A DNA stretch of 64,000 nt from Octopus sinensis (Eukaryota): contig NC_042998.1 of NCBI RefSeq assembly GCF_006345805.1, positions 89,838,001-89,902,000 of the forward strand, written 5' to 3'. Positions 26,845 to 39,600 of the stretch are shown here, piece by piece. The stretch's first letter is position 1; every line of letters starts with the position of its first letter. Made by a program: the position numbers and the translations under genes. The notes below the pieces were generated by a model. It worked only from the letters and a program-made list of their open reading frames with translations. It searched no databases and had not been told where the DNA came from.

Positions 26845-28408
26845 GTAAGTAATATTTTAATATACTACTGCTTCTCAGTTTCAAAATTTTCTTGGGACAT
26901 ATCTGAAAGAGTTTCTACCATAGTCTCTAAACCAGCTCTTTATTGCTCACAAAAATCTTACAAAACCAATGCAAAATGACCTCCTATATTTTAGAAGTTG
27001 ACCACTTGCTGATGCTTTTGATCATAGGCTATGGTTATATTTCCTTAGAATCAGAGTGAGGAAATCTATCCAGATTTTTAATTCTTTAAAGTGTACCTAT
27101 CTTCATTTTCTCAAAGACATGCTTGTCAAATATTCCAGTTGTCGTTATGAGGATTATAGACATTTAATAGCAATTGTACATACTATTACATCCCACCTAT
27201 GCTAGCATGGAAAGCGGACATTAAACAATGATGATGATGAAGGTGAAAACACCTGTCAAATATTTGCTAAGGTAAACTTTTGTAACATATTCTCTGAGTT
27301 ATCTGTAAGAAAGCATGCTCAATGCAATTAGATGCCCTCAGAAAAACATGTATTTAAATAGCAACGTTGATTTGATAATTTAAAAGATATCATCAGTAGG
27401 AAATAATATTCAAGATTGTTTATTAGAAAAACAACAAACTATGCACAAAGTATGTTTAAAAAATTTAGAAATATAAGGTATATCTAACTATAACCACTCC
27501 TTTCTCCTTTTAGACAGATTCATTTTCAAAAAGCATAAATTTCAATTTCAAATTTAGAGACATCTTCGAGAGGGCTCATGACTCTATGGGAAGTTTCTGC
27601 ATAAACTCATGGCTGCAAAGCAACATTTCATATATTACTTAAATCAATGGGTGATGTATTACAAGAATCATTAGACCATCAGACAAAATGCTTTGTAATA
27701 TTTCTTTCAGCACTTTCTGTTCTGTGTTCAAATCCTACCAAATGCAACTTTTCTTTTTATCCCTTTGGGATCCATAAAATAAAGAGTCTATTAAGTTCTA
27801 AGGTTCATGTAATCAACTAATCCCCTCCCTTCAAAATTACTGGCTTTGTACCAAAATTAGAAACCATTATCTAAATCTACTTTTACCCAAACTTTTCTAT
27901 GCTCGCATCCTTATGAAACATTTGCATAATTTGTGCAACCCACTTCTAAAATAATTTCATGTTTGAAGGTGAAAATGCTAATTTTTAAATAACTAATTTA
28001 AGTTTATTTTTATTCAACTACATACATTACTGGGATGGTGGATTCCATAAACTCCTAACTGCAAAGCAATATATCATATATCACATAAACCAACCTACTG
28101 GTGAACTTAATAGAACAAAGTTATTTTTGAGAGTGATTTAATAGTTTTAGACTTTGTTGCAACTACTGAAATACCAGTTTTTGCCACCGAGGGACACTCT
28201 ATGTTGGGAACCTCTCATCTAAATATATACCAGCTTTACTCTTCTAATGCTGTAAACATAAATCTTTGCTATAATGCCTCTTACATGTGAAATTCTTGTA
28301 AGTTCGTCATCTAAATATAATTATACCATTATTGGAAATTAGCCTTGATTACCAGCATTTCTGAATATACAACACAGTAAATTTAATGTGATTTCATTTT
28401 CCTCACAG

Positions 28409-28606
28409 CTCAGGTTGATAGCATTGAACAGACCGCTCACAGGAAAAATGGGTGGAGTTAATACAATTGATTTATTTTGTCATCAACAAGCACGGAGAGC
28501 ATCTTTTAAAGCAACATTCCGCGGTTTCTTATCAAATCAAATTCAAGATTTGAAAACATTAATCTATGATAAGAAAGAGCGTAATTATCCAATTGTGAAT
28601 TCAAAG
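28409..28606 (+). CDS. COL15A1/COL18A1: Multiplexin endostatin domain exon 1 (LRLIALNRPLTGKMGGVNTIDLFCHQQARRASFKATFRGFLSNQIQDLKTLIYDKKERNYPIVNSK)
   Basis: Aligns by eye to human endostatin [29 protein letters not shown]...TFRAFLSSRLQDL...PIVNLK. Acceptor ttttcctcacag, donor gtaaaa, 198 nt. Confidence 0.96.
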
Positions 28607-28959
28607 GTAAAATTCCAAACATTTTCTTCTTCCTAAATACAAAATAAATTTCTTTTAGAATTTTAAAAATGAACTTTATTATATGATTTCTTTCACTTCA
28701 ATTGTTAAGTATTAATATTTTCTTGATTATTAATAAACATAAATTGATGCACAGCAAATGGATTGCCTGCTTTTATAGATGCCTATTAGATATGATGAGG
28801 AATTGCACCAATGAATTGTAATGAACTAAAAGTTATTTGGCTGTTTTCTGAAAGCTTACAGATTAGGCATTCCATTTGCAAGGACACATTCTGACGTAGA
28901 TATCTGAAAAGACACCTTAAGACTGAGATTACCATCTAAAATAGAACAAATTCTAAATA

Positions 28960-29926
28960 CCGTAAATCCTCGAGTATAATCCGCATTTTTTCCCCAAAAT
29001 TTAAAGGTCAAAATCCCTAATGCGTACTATAAATGCGATTAAAAATGAAGAATATTTTCTAAGCAATGTCCAAGTCTCTATTTGCTGTCCGGCAATGTTT
29101 ATTCAAACGCATTTTGTGGTGTCGGTCGTGAAAATACGTTAAGCTAAGCCTGAAAGCAATGAAGTCATAAAAGAATCATCCATAACTTGCAGTAAGCAAC
29201 ATTTATTAAAATAAAAGTATTCAGAACACAGAATGACATGTAACAAAAACAATTTGCAAACATATTACATTCCCATATAACAGTTAAGAACGTCGCCATT
29301 ATTGTATTATGCATGCACGGAAGCGTTTGTTCGACTAGGTGCTGCTGGCTTAATTATGCATGAATTGTGCTTAATAGTTTAGCTAAATAGTTCATCCTGC
29401 TGTTTGTATTGGCAGTTTGCATCATTATCGTGGCAAACAATAGATACTTAATTAAATACCAGTATTAAATGTTTGAACTACTGTGGGTCTTTACTAGGGT
29501 TTTTTATAAGTGGGGCTTAAATCTGTACATTAATCTCCAATAAGACATTTTATACATTACATGCCCATAAAATGTTTCATAGATCTTATTCAGCTATGCT
29601 TAAACTTGAAGTTATATCTTATGCTGAAGAGCATGGTAATAGGGCCACCAGAAGAAAATTTGATGTTGACAAAAGCAATGTCAGGTTATGGAGAAGAAAT
29701 AAAGATGAAATTAAACAGATTCCAAAGATAAAGAAAGCAAGAAGGCAATAATAAAGGATGTTATCATATACCTTTTTATAAACCAAGGACATTATATAGA
29801 CCTCCTTGACTCAGGTTTGAGAAGGAGTGCGTATTATACACAAGGTTTATTTTTTTCAGAGGTACAGCCCCCTAAAAATCCCCCACGTATTATACTCAAG
29901 GGCGGACTATACTCGAGGATTTACGG
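28960..29926 (+). mobile_element. pogo/Tigger-type internally deleted DNA transposon with intact TIRs and TA target-site duplication
   Basis: TA|CCGTAAATCCTCGAGTATAATCCGC ... GCGGACTATACTCGAGGATTTACGG|TA. Internal ORF 29572-29751 (MFHRSYSAMLKLEVISYAEEHGNRATRRKFDVDKSNVRLWRRNK...) is a Brinker-type DNA-binding HTH like that at the N-terminus of pogo transposases. No DDE domain. Lies in a multiplexin intron. Confidence 0.88.
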
Positions 29927-30326
29927 TACATAACAATTTGATCAGATGAACTCAGTCAAAATTAAATGTTTTTGTTATTTGTTTTGCCCATTCTTAGGAA
30001 GTGTTTTTTCAAGAAAATGAATGATGTGTGCCTCTTTTTACTAAAAGGAAGTAGCATTAACCTCAGTGATTACTTCTATAAACTGTAACAAAGGAGTAGT
30101 TTTCTGCAGTATTGGAAAAATAGCAATTGAACATTTTTCTTTCTGACATCAAAAAACAGACTTATGTACATTGCATTATGCTTGATGATATTTATTTATA
30201 ATGTCCATTATGGGATTTATTGTAAATTTTACCCACCATTCTTTGTATCAAATCACAAAAAGTAAAATAATTTTTAAATGTTTGTCTATATACTTGCTTA
30301 CATTTATATTAATTTATGTTTTGAAG

Positions 30327-30442
30327 GGTGAAGTTCTTGTGGATTCATGGGAGCACTTAATCAGTGGAGATGGAGGTTATTTCAACAGCTCCGTTCCACT
30401 CTATTCATTTGATGGTACCAACGTAATGACTAGCTCAAGATG
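30327..30442 (+). CDS. COL15A1/COL18A1: Multiplexin endostatin domain exon 2 (GEVLVDSWEHLISGDGGYFNSSVPLYSFDGTNVMTSSR-W)
   Basis: Matches endostatin DELLFPSWEALFSG...IFSFDGKDVLRHPTW. Acceptor ttatgttttgaag, donor gtaagt, 116 nt, phase 0-2. Confidence 0.96.
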
Positions 30443-30793
30443 GTAAGTGACCCATTTGCTATGCTAGTTACCTTTGAACACAAGTTTTATAAATATCAAT
30501 TAGTTTCATTTGACTTCCAGATTGATAAATGCATTACATTTTCTGACACAAGTAAAAATTTGATTACAATCTGTCTGAGGAAGAGCTTGTAACCTTTGAT
30601 AGACTGTTTTGTAATGTTCTACATTTATCTACTTCTTGTTTATCATGAGGTGTATAATTCTATCAATTTAGATATTTGCTTTATTTGCTGGTGAAGTCTT
30701 TTTATTTATTGATACCTATTTGATATTAATTTATTTGGTCAATGCTCATGAGTTTTACTTTGGTTAAGTTTTGTATCTTCTATTTCTCTATAG

Positions 30794-31001
30794 GCCACAG
30801 AAATTTGTATGGCATGGTTCTTCAACAAAAGGCGAGCGAAAGAGAGACAGATTCTGTTCCAACTGGCGTTCATCAGGAAGAAATAATGTTGGTGTTGCAT
30901 CGTCCCTATTGGCTCATCAGTTTCTGGGATATGAAGAGTTCCATTGCAACAACAATTTCATTGTCCTATGCATACAAATTGCCACTATGGAACAACATTG
31001 A
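30794..31001 (+). CDS. COL15A1/COL18A1: Multiplexin last coding exon, endostatin C-terminus (W-PQKFVWHGSSTKGERKRDRFCSNWR...ASSLL...CNNNFIVLCIQIATMEQH*)
   Basis: Matches endostatin WPQKSVWHGS...YCETWR...ASSLL...CHHAYIVLCIE. Acceptor tatttctctatag with phase-2 entry completing TGG; stop TGA at 30999-31001. All four endostatin cysteines are present across the three exons. Confidence 0.96.
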
Positions 31002-31147
31002 GCTGGCAAAACAAGCTACACACAACAACACAAGACAAATCTCTTCTTCAATTCACTCATCCTATTTGAAATATGGACAAATGAGTGAATTGCTCTCAAT
31101 ATCTTATACCTAAAAAAAAAGAAAAACACAGTAAAAAATACAATATT

Positions 31148-31153
31148 AATAAA
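31148..31153 (+). promoter_or_regulatory. Candidate polyadenylation signal (AATAAA) of the multiplexin gene
   Basis: AATAAA lies about 150 nt after the stop codon. The hexamer is common in AT-rich DNA, so support is weak. Confidence 0.3.
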
Positions 31154-31439
31154 ATAATAGGACTCACCTAATGAACAGACGTGTTGATCATTTCAGATGA
31201 TAGCAGACAGATCTTCCATAGCATGAACACACACTAAACATTTAGAGATTTTTACTCTAAAACAAAAACAAAAAAAACATTTTTTTTCAAAATAACTTTT
31301 AAAGGAAAGAAAAATTCCTAAAAATCTTAAATCTTGTTATATATATATAGCAAATATTGCCATCATCATTAATAACACTTTTACTTAGAATGTCTCAATT
31401 TGAAAATGAAAGATAATAATAACAACAACAACAATAATG

Positions 31440-31504
<65 letters not shown>

Positions 31505-32787
31505 TTAACATGAAACATCTACAAACTATAGTTATTTTATTATCGACATTGGTATCATCATTCAAGGCCATCATTATAATCATTACCATATAATACATAG
31601 CTTAGCTTGTTTTTTTCTTATAAATCCTGATAATTCTGTAATCCTCCAAGGAACAAGAAAATTGGTGCCAAAAAGATTTTTGAGAAATAGTTTAAATATT
31701 CTTCATTGAAATGGTGTTCCTAGCAACAGTAAAATTATGCTTGTGATGGCATTCATTGTGATGATTTTGATGATGGTGATGAATATGGTTATGATGATAT
31801 TGGTGATGGTGATCGTAATGGTACTGATGGTGAGCATCACAAGAGAATGGATGCAAATGATTGTAATGATTATAAAGACAATGATGATGGTGATGATAGA
31901 AATAATGAGAATGATAGGACATAGTACCAGAGCCAGAAAGACAACAGCAAAAATTGCATCTATATGTGTGGGTATATATATTTATACATGCATATATATA
32001 TATATTATATGTTGGGAAGCAACAACAAGAAAATGTATCTTTCAATAACCACACCAACAAGAAAAGTAACATGAAATATGAGTTGAGATTAAATAAGGCA
32101 ACACTTTTAAAAATGCCTATAAGAATCATTTGATTATTTTTTTAATTTATATGTGTGTGTGTATGTATGTGTGTGTGTTAAACACAACTTTACATGATAA
32201 CATATATCTATTCATACATATACACGCATGTGCGCGCACACACACACACACACAAACACACACGCATATATATATATATGGATATTTGTAGATTTGCTTT
32301 TTCTTTTTTGCTTTACTGTTTCAAAAGAAGGTCTTCAAAGATTGAAGTTGCCACACTCTTTCAAGATGTTTCAGTCAGTGATGTTCATGAAATGTGCTGG
32401 TTAAATATATTGTATTATTGGAGAAACACTGAAGCTACTCTCATCAGCTGCTATCACCAATACAGAGAAACCTAAGTGGCTGATATATTACCACAACTGT
32501 GATAAATTTAGAGATACTTAGAAAAACACCATCTAAATCAACACTGTTTACAGATTGTCTCATCAATAAAACACAAAATGGAGATGTTGAAGATGTATCG
32601 TATTATGTTTTAATTAAACAATTCCACCCCCTGACCTTACTTACACCAACTCTTATGTTTTTATTTTCCTTTAATAAAACCTTACCCACATCTGACAATG
32701 TGCTCAAATTGAAATTAATGCATAAACAATAGAAACTAAAATACTGGCATAGTTACTGTCAATAAAATCTTTCCTTTTGGTTACATA

Positions 32788-32881
<94 letters not shown>

Positions 32882-33134
32882 TTGTATGTATATATGTATT
32901 TATGTATGTATATATGCATATATGCATATATGTATATATATATATATAATATATATATATATATATACATACACATATGCATATAAATATGTATATATCC
33001 ATAATTATATATGTATATACATATATGTGTGTGTGTGCATATATATATATGTAAGTTAGTATAAATAATGTAAATAATAATTTAATACAAGTCATTTGCT
33101 GGTATTATTACTTTATTTCTTCCCTCTTTTATTA

Positions 33135-33168
<34 letters not shown>

Positions 33169-33591
33169 CGTTATTATTAATTATATTAAGGCAGTGAGTT
33201 GGCAGAATCATTATCATGCTGGACGAAATGCTTAGTGGTATTTCGGCCATCACTACGTTCTGAGTTCAAATTCTGCTGAGGTCGACTTTGCCTTTCATCC
33301 TTTCAGGGTCAAGAAAATAAGTACCAGTCATACACTGGGGTCAATGTAATTGACTCATCCCCACCTCCCCCAAGCTGCCCTTGTGGCAAAATTTGAAATA
33401 ATTATAATGAATTATATTCCGTTTTTTGGCTTTTATGTTAAGAATGCAATATAAAATCATCGATGGAAAGTGGTAAATTTTTTCTTTAAACTAACACTTT
33501 TTTCAAATTGATAGTCATATCTTTTTTGTTTTATTATCTACATTAACTAAATATATATATATATATATGTGTATATATATATATATATATA

Positions 33592-33624
<33 letters not shown>

Positions 33625-33657
33625 TATATATACATATATATACATATATATAAACAC

Positions 33658-33705
<48 letters not shown>

Positions 33706-33722
33706 TATATATATATATATGT

Positions 33723-33757
<35 letters not shown>

Positions 33758-33765
33758 CATATATT

Positions 33766-33827
<62 letters not shown>

Positions 33828-33857
33828 CATTATATATATACATATATATATACATCC

Positions 33858-33914
<57 letters not shown>

Positions 33915-36900
33915 AACACATACATACATGCGATCACACATATATATTATATTATTGTTGTATGTGTGTGTGTGACTGTATGCACGTGTTTGGCTAAATC
34001 ATTGCCATTGTTGCACAATAAATGTTATTCAAGGTGCCATGTACAGAAAGCCAATCTGGTATTCTTTACATACAACAAAATTATCCATAAATGACTGCCA
34101 GATAACTTCTATAACATTTCATACAAATACATGAATATAATGAAAGTTTTACATAATTGAATAGAAAATTTTATATTTTCAACGTTGTTTTTGAATTATA
34201 ACTGTTATATTATGTCTAAATATAAATAACCCTTGTTAATATAAGACAACTGATTTCTAATACATATGTAGAAGAACTCATGAAATATTTTTCCAGTTTG
34301 CAGTATTGGAAGGATGTTGATGTTTTTGTGTAAAAACTTCAATTGGTAACATAAATAAACAAATATTATATTTTTTATTATAATTGATTGATTGATATTT
34401 ATCTGATTAGTCATTAGTACACATCTTGACTCTGTCAGATTATTATGTAAGATTATTATGAAAACTTTAGTTATTATAATGTATGCAATGAAGATTCTCC
34501 ATTTTCAGAAATTTGCTGAAATTCTTAGGACAAGGGTTTTGTGATAGGATGCTTTTTCTAACCATTAACTAGTAAGTGGATGTGACCAACATTTTCTTCT
34601 AGATAAGATGTAATGTAATATAATATATGTTGAATAAGGAGGCAATATTACCAAAAGAATTTGGCTTCAGGAACTTTCATCATATATTACCCATTTACTG
34701 CATCTATATCTAATCCACTGAAACTACAAAAAAAATCCAAAAATATTTTCTAAATATCCTGATGATTATATAAATTTGACAACAAATTTTTGAGTTATTT
34801 TCACTAAAATAACACTTGTGCCTTAACGCTAAATTAAAATGATATATTTTAACTAAATTCAACTTAAATATTATTTGGTTTATTCAAAAGTGTCCAGCAA
34901 CATTTAAAAATCACAGAAGTATAATTATTTTTTATTGCATTTTAAAAACATAAAAATCATATCATCTAAATAGTAACCCATAAATATCATGCACACTAGT
35001 AGTTACATGTCTGTATAAGGGCACCTAGCTAATTTGTGCAATGACTATGCATTAAATCTTTAGCTAGCACTTAGGTGTATGTTATTTTTAAGTATTTATA
35101 GTAATCAAATTTCTCAAGGATGGTTTTGCCTTCCATCTTTTAATGGTCACCATAATAAGTATGATTAATGTAATTTTATAGTCCCCTTGAAGTTATGGGG
35201 CCTTGTGTTTTATTCACAAGAAAATTGATTTTACACTATATTAATTTTCTTTAGTTAGTCTTGAAAGTGAAAGCAAGCTGTACATAATATATTTAAGATT
35301 GCCACTTAGATTCAATATCAATTATAAAAGAAGATGATATACAGACAACACAGAAATACTTTCTTTACCTGATAAATTTTCCTTTCTCAGAACAATCAGA
35401 TACTACAGCATAGCATACTTTTTACCATAGCCATGTATATGGCAACTTCTTCAGATATTATTTCACCAGAAGCTCTCTTTAATATAATGTACACTGTACC
35501 AATATTAATATAAACTTTATCATTAAACATAATTTGTTTCATATACTACAACAGTTCAGAATCTACTTATTTTACTCAGTAGTAACATAAACAAACTTTT
35601 GCCATATTTGGATTTAATCTATTAAAACAAACCTATATAATTTTTTCTTTTTTTGTCAGTCCAGAACAGCTCTGCTTAACAGAACTGTCCAAATAAAGCA
35701 TTTCATTGAGACTTCTAATGATTGCCATCCTTTCCTTTTTTAGTAGAACTTGTCATCTTAAAATTTAGAACTTAAAAATTGCCAGTAGGGACTTTGAGAT
35801 TATGCTTCAACACTGAATAAGTCGAGCTGTTTCACTGACTTGAGAAGCTGCCTTATTAGCTTTAATCAATAATGAAACCAGTAGCCCTTCATCTAGTTTT
35901 ATACATAAAGAGTGTTTGACTCACTTGTTCTCCATTTTAATTTATGTTATATATACACACTATACTACATTATTTAATCTGTATCACCAAACAGAATGTA
36001 AGCAAATATTAGATAGTAAACTGAAGTTTACTATTATATTTTATATGTTATCAGCAACTACAGTTTATCCATGGTTGAGAAAGTAGCCATATTCGGATAC
36101 CAAATTGCTGGTAGCAGCTAAAGACATTACTTCATTATAAAAACAGCCCAACTTCAGACAAAAAAGAGCCAAGGATGTCAAGTTATTGATGGTGATGATG
36201 ATGATGTGCAACAAACTGTAGATGGGTCAATTTGCATCATGTTAAGATTTTGACAGCCATTCTAATTTGCTCACATTTTTCTAATAATACATTGCATTTT
36301 TAAAAAAACTTTCTCTGAAAATATTTGTTTTATGATTTATTTTAATGTATGTAAATGCATTATTGAAATAACAATAATTATTTATATTTTTCTTGTTGTT
36401 ATTATTATCATTATTATTGTTATTATCAAGGTAGTGGATTTGTAGATTCATTAGAACTTCAGAAAAGTTGTCTTGTGGTATTTCTTTCAGTACTTTATAT
36501 TCTCAGCTCAAATCTTACCAAGGTCAAATTTACTTTTCATCCTTTTGGGATCAATAAAATAAAGTGCTAATCTAGAATTGAGATTGATGTTACTGACTAA
36601 CCCCTCCTCTCAAAACTGCCTAAATCAGAAATTATTATTATTGTTGTCATTAACTGTAAGAAATAGAGTGATGAGCAAAATGTGATGTCATAAATGGTAA
36701 TGACCTTTATGTCTTGAGTTCAAATACTACTAAAGACAACTTTTCCTTTCATCCTTCTGGAGTTGATAAAAGAAGTACATGTTAAAAACGTGGACTCTGT
36801 ATCATCAAATATATACCTCAAAATTTAAGGTATATTTGGCTATCTTTATAGAAATCAATATTAGTTGTAATAGTAATCACCATATTACAAAAACTTTAAT

Positions 36901-37406
36901 GTAGTATTAATAATATTTTTCTAATTGAGGCACAAAGCCAACAATTGAGAGAGGAGAAGTTTAGTTGATACCATCAACCCCAGTACTTGACTAAAGGTAA
37001 AGGTGACTTTGGCAGGATTTGACCTCAAAAGGTAGAATGACACAACAAAATAGCACAATGCATTTTGTCCATTCTCTAATAATTCTGCCAATCATACAGA
37101 AGAACAAAGCTAAAAATCTGGTGGGAAAGTTAGTCAATTGAATCAAACCAATAGTTGATTAGTAATTTATTTTATTGCCCCCACAAAGATGAACAGCAAA
37201 ATTGACATCAAGTGATATTTTAACTCAAAATATAAATATTGCAAAATTCATAACATTTGATGGGAGAGTATATAGGAAGTCATGATATTCATGTTTTTCT
37301 CACAAGTATTAGTTATGCAACTTAGAAGAAATGATTGTAACTGATATTAAAAAATAGTTTTTACTTTTGTCTCACATTACCAGCCAACTAATTGTTATTA
37401 TTATTA

Positions 37407-37454
<48 letters not shown>

Positions 37455-37456
<2 letters not shown>

Positions 37457-37990
37457 GAAAATTCCCAGCTTATTTTGCCGGATATGATGGAAAGTGTCAG
37501 CTATCCATAGCCAGCAGACTAAGGTGACACTTGTTTGCTGGTCATGCTCTTCAAGAGCCCTGCAAAGAATTCTTGCAGTTCCAAGCAAAGCTGATTTTTG
37601 TAGCTGTTCTACCTTCACACTTGCATTGATCTTTTTCAGCCATGCTGGTAGTTGAGTACTGATGCTTCCAAGTGCACTAATTACTACTGGTATCACATCT
37701 ACTCTCTTCATTAACCACATTGCACTGGATCATTACATCCCACAGGACTTTGTAGTTCTCATTTTCAGTGACTCTTTCTGGGGTTTGTTCATACCATGTC
37801 TTTGCTCTTTGTAAGCCATTATTTCCACAGAGCTCCCAATGGATCATTTTTGCCACATTGTCATGGTATCATTTTTATTTGCATTGTGCCAATTTCAGGC
37901 ATTCTCTAACAATGTGCCACACCATTTCATCCCTCTCACCACACATTCTGCATTTGTCACTATCAGTAATGTTTTCAATTCTGTACTTCT
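37455..37990 (-). mobile_element. R4/Dong-type LINE 3' fragment A
   Basis: HDNVAKMIHWELCG...PERVTENENYKVLWD ... VIPVVISALGSI...LQKSALLGTARIL. The 3' end abuts (TAA)n at about 37398-37453. Confidence 0.85.
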
Positions 37991-38029
37991 TCTTCTTATT
38001 ATTATTATTCACTATCATTATCATTATCC

Positions 38030-38780
38030 AGCAGCTTTATTTTTATCATGTGCTTTCACTGCACTACCGAGTGCAGCTCTGTGTGGCTTGGGTATATGCT
38101 GTGGTTTGTTGCGGTGCTCTTACTTTCACTGTATTGAAAGTGTTTTACGAAGGATGTGTGCAGTGCCTAGTAGTACAATTTTTTGTATGTTATATATACT
38201 TGTAAGTTCTGGTGTTTTTGTTATGTATTGTCTGAATGTTTGCATTTTTTATCATAACTAATGCACCTTCTATGATAGGAATTGTTTCTGCTTTTAGGCT
38301 CCACATTCGAGTTACCTCTATTTCCAGATTTTTGTATTTTGAAAATCTCTCCGTTTTTTTTTAGAGAAACATTGTCATCTGTTGGTATTGATACATCAAT
38401 TAGAAAACATTTTTTTTTACCTTGGTGATCTCTGACAACTATATCCAGCCTATTGGCCTTAATTTCTCTATCTGTGTGTATTGGCATATCCCAGAGTATG
38501 GTTGCTTTCTCATTTTCTGTGACCTTTTCTGACGTGTGACTATACCATCTTTTATCTATTGTTATTCCATAGTGTTGGCATAGCCTGCAGTGTATATAGG
38601 TCCCAACTCTGTTGTGTCTGTGAACATATTCCTTCTTAGCCAGGACTGTGCAGCCAGAGTCAATATGGTTTATTGTTTCTTGTCCATTACCACATATTCT
38701 ACAATTACTTGTATTTCTTTTCATTACTTGTTTTTGGTGATTTCTGGTGAGAAGGCTTTGATTTTGTGCTGCATATTATA
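38030..38780 (-). mobile_element. R4/Dong-type LINE 3' fragment B (CCHC knuckle + RLE)
   Basis: ORF 38221-38724 reads CRICGNGQETINHIDSGC (CCHC-type), RHNRV, ANRLDIVVRD and FLIDVSIP. After a frameshift it continues IQKIVLLGTAHILRKTLSIQ*. Flanked by TAA tracts. Confidence 0.9.
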
Positions 38781-38783
38781 TCA

Positions 38784-38831
<48 letters not shown>

Positions 38832-38833
<2 letters not shown>

Positions 38834-39600
38834 GAAAGAAAGCTCATGTTTGATCTTATTCCTGGTAGGATTTATGTGGGAAGTGGCTAACTACCTGCAA
38901 CCTTAGGTATCCCCATGTTTTTGGCAGTCTTTCAAGTGCTTGGAACCCTCCTGATAATCCTTGCTGTCCCTAAGAAACAAACTTTCTGTGGGAGATCTTC
39001 CAGACATTCTATTTCAGTCTCCTTCAGCCATTTGTCTATATCTTGGCTTACTGTTCCCACTGCACCAGTTATATAGGCACGACTTTTAATGTTCTCATGC
39101 TCCAAATTTTTCCTTTTTCAAATTTTAAGGGATGGTATATTTTTCCATTTTTCTTCTTCTTTCTTTATGACCCTGGAATCAAACAGACATGATGGGTTGA
39201 TAAGTAAGCAACTTCATTTTACTTTATCTAAGATTATAATATCAGGTCTATTGTTTTATAAATTCTTGTCTATTTGAAGAGGAAAGTCCCATAAAATCTT
39301 CCATTGCTCTGACTCCAGTACACTTTCAACTCGATGATTGTACCATGTGTTTCCAGTTCCAAATCCCCATTTCTGCAACAGTTTCCTGTGTAAAATGTTT
39401 ACAACCTGATCCTGATCATGCCACCATTTCTTATCTTCTTCCTGTGCCAACTTTGGGCATTCTTCTACAATGTATGCAACTGTCTCATTCTAAGTTCCAC
39501 AGGCTCTACAGTCTTCTGACGCCTTCTCTCCATACATATTATTCTCAAGTTGTTTGTTTTTATCACTTGATCTTGGGCTGTTACAATTAGGTACTCTGTT
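38832..39600 (-). mobile_element. R4/Dong-type LINE 3' fragment C
   Basis: EDCRACG, HRVESVLESEQWKILWDFPLQIDK and GAVGTVSQDIDKWL...QKVCFLGTARII. Lies between the (TAA)n tracts at about 38785-38831 and 39615-39665. Confidence 0.85.

Noticed and set aside
27515-27640. Strong acceptor (ctttctccttttag) between the hinge and endostatin exons
   Set aside because: The phase-0 frame reaches a stop with no good donor, and the flanking exons already join correctly.
31692-32129. His-rich (-) and Met/Val-rich (+) ORFs
   Set aside because: They come from a degenerate (GAT/GGT)n low-complexity tract. No domain and no convincing splice sites.
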